Of a DNA stretch of 64,000 nucleotides, positions 57,364 to 64,000 are shown piece after piece. The translations under genes and the position numbers were made by a program. The notes below the pieces were generated by a model, which ran no database searches, was not told where the DNA came from, and saw only the letters and a program-made list of their open reading frames with translations. The DNA is from Minisyncoccia bacterium (GTDB taxonomy: Bacteria; Patescibacteriota; Minisyncoccia; Phycocordibacterales; DATDWN01), in assembly GCA_049297675.1 (NCBI GenBank), contig JBAQUS010000015.1:65414-129413 (forward strand). The letters run 5' to 3'. Every line of letters starts with the position of its first letter. Position 1 is the first letter of the stretch.

Positions 57364-58842
57364 CTACTTTGGGCGCATGAGAGGAAAAGTTTGGAGATCT
57401 CGAAGAGGTTTGTCGACCAATATAGCGAAGAGACGCTCACCGAAGCCAAAACCGCAAGTCGGTGGCATACCGTATTCGAGCATCTCCACAAATTCATTGT
57501 CTGGCATCATGGCTTCTTTGTCACCGCTATCAATAAGTTTTTTTTGTAAATCAAATCTTTCTTTTTGATCAATTGGGTCATTGAGCTCAGAATAACCGTT
57601 CCCTACTTCCACTCCAGCAATAATTGGTTGAAATCTTTGTACGTTTTGTGTTCCAGAAATTCTCTTAGCAAGTGGAGCAACTAGAGCAGGATGATTTACC
57701 AAAAAAGCTGGACCTGAAATGTTTTTCCTACAGTACTTCCAAAGTGTATCGGTCAGTCTTTCCTTATTTACACCATCATATTTTACAGAAAGTTCTTCTA
57801 ACTTTTTCATCATATCTTTTTCACTTGAAGTGTTTACATCCACACCAGTTTGCTTTTTTATTTCCTCAACATAATCAATTTGTTTCCACTCATCGGAAAG
57901 ATCAAAAGTGTGTCCACGTGATGTGAATTTGGTCTTAGAAAAAACACTTTGAGCTATTTCAATATACATTTCTCTGACTAGTTTCATGCCATCGTTATAG
58001 TCAGCAAAAGACCAGTAGAACTCCATATTCGTAAATTCCTGGGCGTGATCAGTCGATGTGCCTTCGTTTCTGTAAACCCTACCTATCTCAAATGTTTTTG
58101 GAAAACCTCCAGCCATAAGACGCTTTTGCCACAACTCTCCTACAGAAATTCGTAAGTAAACGTCCAAATCATAATCATTGTGATGTGTTTTAAAAGGAGT
58201 TGCCTCCGCTCCACCAGTGGTCAACTCAAGTGTCGGTGTTTCTACTTCCAGAAAACCATTATTTTTCATAAACTCGCGTGTAGAATCCCAAAACTTTGCT
58301 TTCTTTACCATTAAATCTCTAAGTTCATCATTCATCAGAAAATCCAAGTATCTTTTTCTGAATCTCTCATCAACATCTTGTAGACCATGCCATTTTTCAG
58401 GGAGTGGAAGAAGAGATTTTCCTGCCATGACCCATGAGGTTGCCATTATACTGTTTTCACCTGTTTTAGATTTCTCAGCTTTACCGGTAACAGATATAAA
58501 ATCCCCAATATCAACCACTTTTGAAAACAAATCAAATAACCCAGTTTCTTCCCCTAGGTCGGACTTTTTGGAATTAAGGGTGTCTTTTTTAAGTATAACT
58601 TGGATGCGTTCAGTACCATCAAAAAGAACTGCAAAAAGAATTGACCCTTGCCCACGAATAGCCATTATTCTTCCGGCAATTGAGACTTCTATTCCTTCTC
58701 CAGAGATACCTTCAAAATTTTTCTTCAAAAAATCAATAGGAAAATCTCTAGGAACTTTTGCTGGATAAGGATCTATGCCGAGTTCCTTTATTTTTTTAAG
58801 TTTTTCTAGACGTGTTTCTCTAATTTCTTCTTGGGATGCCAT
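57364..58842 (-). CDS. lysS: Lysyl-tRNA synthetase (class II)
   Basis: N-terminal OB domain, class II motifs 1-3 (FRNEG-like YRNEGTSTDHAQEFTNMEFY, GGFGFGERL); 492 aa. Confidence 0.9.
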   Translation of the reverse strand: MASQEEIRETRLEKLKKIKELGIDPYPAKVPRDFPIDFLKKNFEGISGEGIEVSIAGRIMAIRGQGSILFAVLFDGTERIQVILKKDTLNSKKSDLGEETGLFDLFSKVVDIGDFISVTGKAEKSKTGENSIMATSWVMAGKSLLPLPEKWHGLQDVDERFRKRYLDFLMNDELRDLMVKKAKFWDSTREFMKNNGFLEVETPTLELTTGGAEATPFKTHHNDYDLDVYLRISVGELWQKRLMAGGFPKTFEIGRVYRNEGTSTDHAQEFTNMEFYWSFADYNDGMKLVREMYIEIAQSVFSKTKFTSRGHTFDLSDEWKQIDYVEEIKKQTGVDVNTSSEKDMMKKLEELSVKYDGVNKERLTDTLWKYCRKNISGPAFLVNHPALVAPLAKRISGTQNVQRFQPIIAGVEVGNGYSELNDPIDQKERFDLQKKLIDSGDKEAMMPDNEFVEMLEYGMPPTCGFGFGERLFAILVDKPLRDLQTFPLMRPK

Positions 58843-58857
58843 AAGTTAAGTATATCA

Positions 58858-58880
58858 GGTTAACCCTGATATAAAAACAT
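58858..58880. terminator. Perfect 9-bp-stem palindrome tatatcagg-ttaac-cctgatata between greA and lysS
   Basis: Read directly. Confidence 0.45.
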
Positions 58881-58926
58881 CATTTGTTTTTATAAAGTAG
58901 AAAGTAGAACCAAAATTATGTAGCAA

Positions 58927-59385
58927 CTATTTCACCTCAACAACTTTGTATGACAATTCACCACCAGGAGATTTGAAAGTAAAATCATCACCCTTCTTCT
59001 TGCCCATTACAGCCTGTCCGAAAGGAGATTTTATAGATATTTTATTTGTTATTACATCAGCCTCTTCTGAACCAACAATGCTATAAATAAATTTCTTACC
59101 ATCTTTTAACACTGTGACCTCTGAACCAACAGTTACGGTACCACTGTGATTCCCTGAAACAATAACGGCATTTTTAAGCAAATTCTCAAGTTTCGAAATC
59201 CTGTCTTCAATAGTGGCCTGATTGTCTCTGGCCTCATGATATTCTGCATTTTCAGATAAGTCTCCAAGGGACTTTGCATACTCCAAACTCTCAGCAACCT
59301 CTTTTCGGCGAGTACCCTTTAATTCTTGAAGTTCCTTTGTAAATTCATCAAATTTTTCCTGTGTCAAATACTCTGTTTCTTTCAT
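58927..59385 (-). CDS. greA: Transcription elongation factor GreA
   Basis: N-terminal coiled coil with ...GDLSENAEYHEARD..., C-terminal FKBP-like domain; 152 aa. Confidence 0.9.
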   Translation of the reverse strand: MKETEYLTQEKFDEFTKELQELKGTRRKEVAESLEYAKSLGDLSENAEYHEARDNQATIEDRISKLENLLKNAVIVSGNHSGTVTVGSEVTVLKDGKKFIYSIVGSEEADVITNKISIKSPFGQAVMGKKKGDDFTFKSPGGELSYKVVEVK

Positions 59386-59447
59386 TTGTATTTTTTTAAA
59401 TAATTATGTGCGTGATTCTAGCACAAAATTAAGTGGATTTCAAACAA

Positions 59448-61148
59448 TTAGTGTAGATATTCTGGGGCATAGATGTTAGCCCAATCTAAAAATTCTCTCA
59501 TAACTAGGACAGCACCGAACTGGCTATTTCTTGTACCACGTTCCATAACCACCGCAAATGCATATTTTGGACTCTCTATCGGCCAAAAACCGACTACCCA
59601 TGAATTGACTTCATCTTTATTCACACCAATCTGTGCTGTACCAGTTTTTGAGGCGACTTTTACGAACGGAAAATTGATAGACTGTGATGTACCTTCCGTT
59701 ACTCCCAGTCGCATCCCCTCTTTAACTATTTCAAAATAAGAATTACTTAAAGAAACTTCTGAATTCACTTTCCTGTCTTCTCCCAAAATAAGGTAAGGCA
59801 AGATAACTTTCCCTCCATTGGCTAGAGCTCCAACTGCACTAACAACCTGAATGGGGGTAACCTGAAAACCATACTGCCCTATGGAAGTGTTATATGTGTC
59901 ACCTAGTCTCCACTCCTCACCTTTAAAATTTTTAATTTTCCACTCGGGACTAGGAATAGCACCCCCTTCTTCACCAGGAAATTTAATTCCAGTAGTTGTA
60001 CCAAAACCAAACAATTTGACATATTTTTCAACATTATTTATACCAATTCCTTTTTGATTTTTGTATCCACCTGTCACTTGGTAAAAATAAACATTAGAAG
60101 AGACGGCTATGGCTCTACGTAAATTTACTAACCCATGAGCTTTCCAATCCATAAATACTGATGGCTTATCTGGAAAATACGGGTTAGGAATAGTAATGGA
60201 GCCAGTCGACAATATCTCTCGATTTGGATCTATAACTCCCTCACTCAAAACTCCCATTGCAATGAAAATTTTCATAATCGATCCAGGCGTATAAAGTCCA
60301 GAAATCACTCTATTTAGGAAAGGGTGATCCTCAGATACAATCCAACTTTTTATTTTTTGATCATCAGTGCCATCTGTCATGATTTGTGAATCATATTCTG
60401 GAAAATTGCTACTAGCCAATATCTCTCCTGTACTAGCATTCATAATAACCCCAGCACCGCCTTTATAGCCTGCTCTACTTCCAATCTCATGAAGAGATCT
60501 ATTCAATTGTCTCTGAAGCCTGAGATCAATGGTTAAGGTAATACTCTCCCCATCTTCAGGAACATCCAAAACACTCTCAGAAACCACCGAGCCCTTAACA
60601 TCAGTCTCAACTATTTTTTTCCCGTTTTTTCCTGAGAGTTTACTGTCGTGAATTTTTTCTATTCCATCTTTTGGATCAAACTTATCTTGATAGTAAAATC
60701 CATTTGAATCCTTGGTCGGATATTTTATATAACCAATTACTGTTGAAAAACCTGTAGAAGTAGCATACACCCTCAAGGAATAATCCGGACTGTTTGGGTT
60801 AATAGTATTCCATGCTATAGGAACCTTATTTCTATCGTAAATAATTCCTCTATCAGCATATATAATCGTTTTGTGCAGGCTATTGTTGTCACTTCTTTTC
60901 TTAAATGACTCCCCAGATACCACCTGCAGATCCCAGACCTTATAAACAAAAACAGTACAGACAAGAAACATGAATAAATACATAAAAGTAAATATTTTTT
61001 GTGATATAGGCTTCTCAATTCTTCCTTCAAACTGGTGAGTATCGAACTCAGGTAAATTTTTAGAGTCCAAAAAAATCTCATCAGGATCAATAGAATGATT
61101 CTCAATATGCAGTCTTTTTTTAAACAATTTCCTAATTTGATGAAGCAT
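59448..61148 (-). CDS. mrdA: Class B penicillin-binding protein 2 (MrdA-like, elongation-specific transpeptidase)
   Basis: PGSIMK (SxxK), SSN and KTGTAQI motifs with an N-terminal TM. Located downstream of mreBCD. Confidence 0.85.
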   Translation of the reverse strand: MLHQIRKLFKKRLHIENHSIDPDEIFLDSKNLPEFDTHQFEGRIEKPISQKIFTFMYLFMFLVCTVFVYKVWDLQVVSGESFKKRSDNNSLHKTIIYADRGIIYDRNKVPIAWNTINPNSPDYSLRVYATSTGFSTVIGYIKYPTKDSNGFYYQDKFDPKDGIEKIHDSKLSGKNGKKIVETDVKGSVVSESVLDVPEDGESITLTIDLRLQRQLNRSLHEIGSRAGYKGGAGVIMNASTGEILASSNFPEYDSQIMTDGTDDQKIKSWIVSEDHPFLNRVISGLYTPGSIMKIFIAMGVLSEGVIDPNREILSTGSITIPNPYFPDKPSVFMDWKAHGLVNLRRAIAVSSNVYFYQVTGGYKNQKGIGINNVEKYVKLFGFGTTTGIKFPGEEGGAIPSPEWKIKNFKGEEWRLGDTYNTSIGQYGFQVTPIQVVSAVGALANGGKVILPYLILGEDRKVNSEVSLSNSYFEIVKEGMRLGVTEGTSQSINFPFVKVASKTGTAQIGVNKDEVNSWVVGFWPIESPKYAFAVVMERGTRNSQFGAVLVMREFLDWANIYAPEYLH

Positions 61149-61426
61149 TAAGTTCTAATATATTTTTTTATAAAACTAATCATGATAAGAAAGACAGTTG
61201 CATAGAGTCCAAAGGAGTAAGTCAATGAAAAATTGCTTGAGTACAACATGTCTAACGTAAATCCAAAAAAAATAATCTCATAATAATCTTTAAAGTACAT
61301 TGTTAAGATCGAAACTAAAATTACACTAAACCACCACGGAAAAGTAATAACAACAAAAAAAGTTAATAGAGACACTAGGACTCGAACTGGGACCATCTCT
61401 GGATTATAGCAGAAATTATTTATCAA
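61148..61426 (-). CDS. MreD-like small membrane protein
   Basis: 92 aa, 3 predicted TM; the position between mreC and the PBP2 gene is the canonical mreD slot. Confidence 0.45.
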   Translation of the reverse strand: MINNFCYNPEMVPVRVLVSLLTFFVVITFPWWFSVILVSILTMYFKDYYEIIFFGFTLDMLYSSNFSLTYSFGLYATVFLIMISFIKKYIRT

Positions 61427-62216
61427 CGAGAACTCGTTTTAGAGAGTGAAGATTGATTGGTGACTTTATGTGAATACTCTTAAATGAGCTCTGGGAATTG
61501 GTGTCGACGTAATTTACAGTCCCTATTACTAACCTATCGCTACTAGGGTAAATAAATGTGTCACCCCAAATAATATCTGTATCTTTTGGAACATCTAATA
61601 CAAAGTTTCCTCCACCATGTCCTGATAGAACATAGGAGCTACCAGTCCTGGATAGAATTACTTCATTTTTAGAACCGCTGTTTGTAAAAAGTTCAACAAG
61701 TGAAGTTCTGGATGTAACATTTTTAATTGTACCAATAATTACACTATCTGATGCATAAACTTTATTACCAATAAATATGCTCTGACTCTCACCTATATCA
61801 ATAATAAACGTATCATATGGTGAAACTGGAGGCTTAGATAGGACTACAGATAAAATTTTACCATTTGCCAGATTCACATCTAAATATCCTTTTAACTCGT
61901 GATTCTCAACAACCAACTCGTCATACCCTATAAGTTTCAGTTTCAAGTTGTCATTTTCTTCCTGTAATAAGTCATTCTTTTCTATTAATTCACTTTTATT
62001 AACAAAATAATTTCGAAATTTATATGATAGACTCACTAAACTATCTTTGGTATGCCAAACGGGAATAGAAATAGTACGAAAAAACCCCCTTGTTCTGTTC
62101 GGAAAAAAATAAAAAAAAGTAGCAAGAATTAGAAAAAAAATTATGGGCAGAAACCATATCCAAGAAAAGACCTTAACAGATCTACTTTTTAGGGGGTAAA
62201 TCGTCTTCATTTGCAA
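61416..62216 (-). CDS. mreC: Rod shape-determining protein MreC
   Basis: N-terminal TM, coiled-coil segment (LQEENDNLKLKL), beta-rich C-terminal domains. The ORF-track start overlaps mreB by 35 nt; the real start may be downstream. Confidence 0.7.
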   Translation of the reverse strand: MQMKTIYPLKSRSVKVFSWIWFLPIIFFLILATFFYFFPNRTRGFFRTISIPVWHTKDSLVSLSYKFRNYFVNKSELIEKNDLLQEENDNLKLKLIGYDELVVENHELKGYLDVNLANGKILSVVLSKPPVSPYDTFIIDIGESQSIFIGNKVYASDSVIIGTIKNVTSRTSLVELFTNSGSKNEVILSRTGSSYVLSGHGGGNFVLDVPKDTDIIWGDTFIYPSSDRLVIGTVNYVDTNSQSSFKSIHIKSPINLHSLKRVLVDK

Positions 62217-63243
62217 TTAATACTTCGTTATATTTGTCCAAATTCTCAAGTATTATTCCTGTACCTCTACATACCGCTGTTAATGGATCAGGAGCAATAT
62301 GAACGGGAATTTTGGCATACTCACCAATAAGCTCTGAAAGTCCTTGTATCAAAGCACCACCACCCGTGAGATATATTCCTCTTTGCATTACATCAGAGAG
62401 CACTTCTGGCGGTGTTGTCTCCAAAACCTCTTTAACACCTTCAATCAAAGTATCAATTGATTGAGATATGGCTTCACGAATATCTGAGTCAGTTATAATA
62501 ACTTCCCTCGGAAGTCCAGATATGAGATCTCTACCTTTTACCCCAGCCTCGAGTGGTGCTTGGCTTGGCATGATAGCACCAATTGCGATTTTAATGTTCT
62601 CTGCAGTTTTTTCACCAATCAAAATCTTAAATTCTGATCGAACATAGGAGATAATATCATTGTTTAGCTTATCCCCTGCTACTCGGAGATTTTTTGACCT
62701 AACTACTCCACCTAATGAGATTACAGCAATATCTGTCGTTCCACCTCCAATATCTATTATCATATTTCCAATCGGTTCCATAACTGGAAGTCTAATACCA
62801 ATAGCAGCAGCCATTGGTTCCTCAACAATATAAACTTCTGATGCTCCAGCATTTTTAGTGGCATCTCTCACTGCTCTTGTTTCAACATTTGTAATTCCTG
62901 ACGGAACACCGACAACCACACGAGGTCCTAGAAGTTTTTTATTATTTTTCTGTGCCTTGTTAAGTAGATAAGTAATCATTTCCTCAGTGACCTCAAAATC
63001 TGAAATGACTCCGTCTACAAGTGGTCTAACTGCTATGATATGTCCAGGAGTTCTGCCGAGCATTTGCTTAGCGTCTTTCCCAACAGCCACAACTCTGCCA
63101 GTTTTTTGGTTTACAGCTACAACAGAGGGTTCGTTTATTACAATCCCCTTGCCATGCAAATAAACTAGGGTGTTAGCTGTACCCAGGTCTATTCCTATGT
63201 CATTTGAGAGATACCTCTTGATTTGTTCGAAAGATTTAATCAT
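62182..63243 (-). CDS. mreB: Rod shape-determining protein MreB (actin homologue)
   Basis: IGIDLGTANTLVY phosphate-1 motif, DIGGGTTDIAV phosphate-2; 353 aa. Confidence 0.9.
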   Translation of the reverse strand: MIKSFEQIKRYLSNDIGIDLGTANTLVYLHGKGIVINEPSVVAVNQKTGRVVAVGKDAKQMLGRTPGHIIAVRPLVDGVISDFEVTEEMITYLLNKAQKNNKKLLGPRVVVGVPSGITNVETRAVRDATKNAGASEVYIVEEPMAAAIGIRLPVMEPIGNMIIDIGGGTTDIAVISLGGVVRSKNLRVAGDKLNNDIISYVRSEFKILIGEKTAENIKIAIGAIMPSQAPLEAGVKGRDLISGLPREVIITDSDIREAISQSIDTLIEGVKEVLETTPPEVLSDVMQRGIYLTGGGALIQGLSELIGEYAKIPVHIAPDPLTAVCRGTGIILENLDKYNEVLIANEDDLPPKK

Positions 63244-63364
63244 ACAAAAGTGCGATACAAATATGCGAATTCATGCGAATGAAACTAATAAAACTATACC
63301 AATGTCAGACTAGCAGAATTTTCTCCATCCGTAAATTGATGCTTTTTGCAAGTTGGTATCGAGT

Positions 63365-64000
63365 TTAAAGACTCTTCAATGCCTCTTCCTCCTTAAGTAA
63401 AGCTGAATCGTTAGAACCTCTTTTTTTTACTTCAATTTTATTCTCCGCAACTGTTTTTTCACTGACTACAAAACGAACTGGAATACCAATAAGATCGGAG
63501 TCTGCAAATTTCTCCCCTGGGCGCAGGTCTCTATCATCATAGAGAACTTCAATATTCTTTTTTTTCAAGTCCTCATATAGCTTGTCGGCGTAGGAAACCA
63601 CTGAATCACTTACACCGAGACGCACAAGATGAACAGCGAAAGGTGAAACAGATTTTGGCCAGATTAGTCCCTTCTCATCAGAGAAAACTTCAGCCAAAAC
63701 TCCCATGAGTCTTGTAATACCTATACCGTATGAACCAAGATAAACAGGTTTCTTCTTCCCATCCTTGTCAGTGAAGTTGAGCCCAAGCTCCTCACACTTT
63801 TTTGTACCAAAGGTGAAAATATTCCCAATTTCCGCCGCTTTTTTTAATTCAAAATCTGTCTTTGATACTCCTAGTCCATCCAGTGTTTTCTGATCAAACA
63901 CCTCTTCGTTTAATGCGAGTTCATTATTCTTGTTAACATATATATTGTCTTCCCCTGCTTCACATATGGCTTGAAATTCATGACTAAACTTATCTGTAAA
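63365..64000 (-). CDS. proS: Prolyl-tRNA synthetase, C-terminal (anticodon-binding) part; 5' partial at window edge
   Basis: YGIGITRLMGVLAEV...WPKSVSPFAVHLV...YDDRDLRPGEKFADSDLIGIPVRFVV matches the bacterial ProRS C-terminal class II anticodon-binding domain. The frame stays open to the window end. Confidence 0.8.
   Translation of the reverse strand, partial: FTDKFSHEFQAICEAGEDNIYVNKNNELALNEEVFDQKTLDGLGVSKTDFELKKAAEIGNIFTFGTKKCEELGLNFTDKDGKKKPVYLGSYGIGITRLMGVLAEVFSDEKGLIWPKSVSPFAVHLVRLGVSDSVVSYADKLYEDLKKKNIEVLYDDRDLRPGEKFADSDLIGIPVRFVVSEKTVAENKIEVKKRGSNDSALLKEEEALKSL

Noticed and set aside
57161-57568. Plus-strand and alternative-frame ORFs around the lysS start and PD-(D/E)XK gene end
   Set aside because: They overlap well-supported CDSs in other frames and are low-complexity.
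1-64000. Prophage, transposon or integron
   Set aside because: No integrase, transposase, recombinase, capsid/terminase or attC-array signatures were found among the ORFs. The GC-rich islands are too small and lack mobility genes, so they are reported only as compositional islands.

Overview
This window comes from a low-GC (roughly 35%) genome with tightly packed genes, most of them on the minus strand. The gene content suggests a reduced-genome, Gram-positive-like bacterium, possibly Patescibacteria/CPR; that is inference only.

The recognisable genes are largely housekeeping:
- dnaK (5' partial) and dnaJ.
- A cell-wall/division block: gltX, murG, ftsW, mraY, an asnB-type amidotransferase, a DacA-like carboxypeptidase, scpB and scpA.
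- A second cell-wall block: mraZ, rsmH, an FtsL-like gene and an ftsI-like class B PBP.
- A shape block: mreB, mreC, an MreD-like gene and a second class B PBP.
- Aminoacyl-tRNA synthetases (GluRS, AspRS/AsnRS-type, TrpRS, LysRS, CysRS, 5' partial ProRS), ribosomal proteins L27, L9 and L21 at three separate loci, and greA, dnaB, recR, rmuC, plsC, dgkA, trhO and one tRNA-Glu(CUC).

Accessory content:
- A four-gene MacAB-like efflux operon.
- A hicBA toxin-antitoxin pair.
- A sensor kinase co-transcribed with a methyltransferase-like gene and a small hydrolase.
- An ArsR-like regulator flanked by two related long palindromes.
- A 1248-aa secreted glycine-rich protein with an internal duplication and an LCAT-like lipase domain.
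- A surface operon of an EnvC-like M23 peptidase, a polytopic membrane protein and a secreted protein with thrombospondin-3-like repeats.

The most unusual signal is a set of short, GC-rich (about 45-52%) micro-islands in the ~35% GC background. Each carries one or two small, unplaceable ORFs and GC-rich stem-loops; one encodes a PD-(D/E)XK-nuclease-like protein between lysS and mraZ. Two diverged copies of a roughly 180-290 nt non-coding element with conserved ends occur 26 kb apart. A roughly 45-nt motif is shared by the upstream regions of rsmH and mreB. No integrase, transposase, CRISPR array or rRNA gene was seen.

CDS coordinates follow the ORF-track convention and include the stop codon; several starts were moved to internal Met codons with better protein-family support. 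Hand-counted positions may be off by 1 nt.
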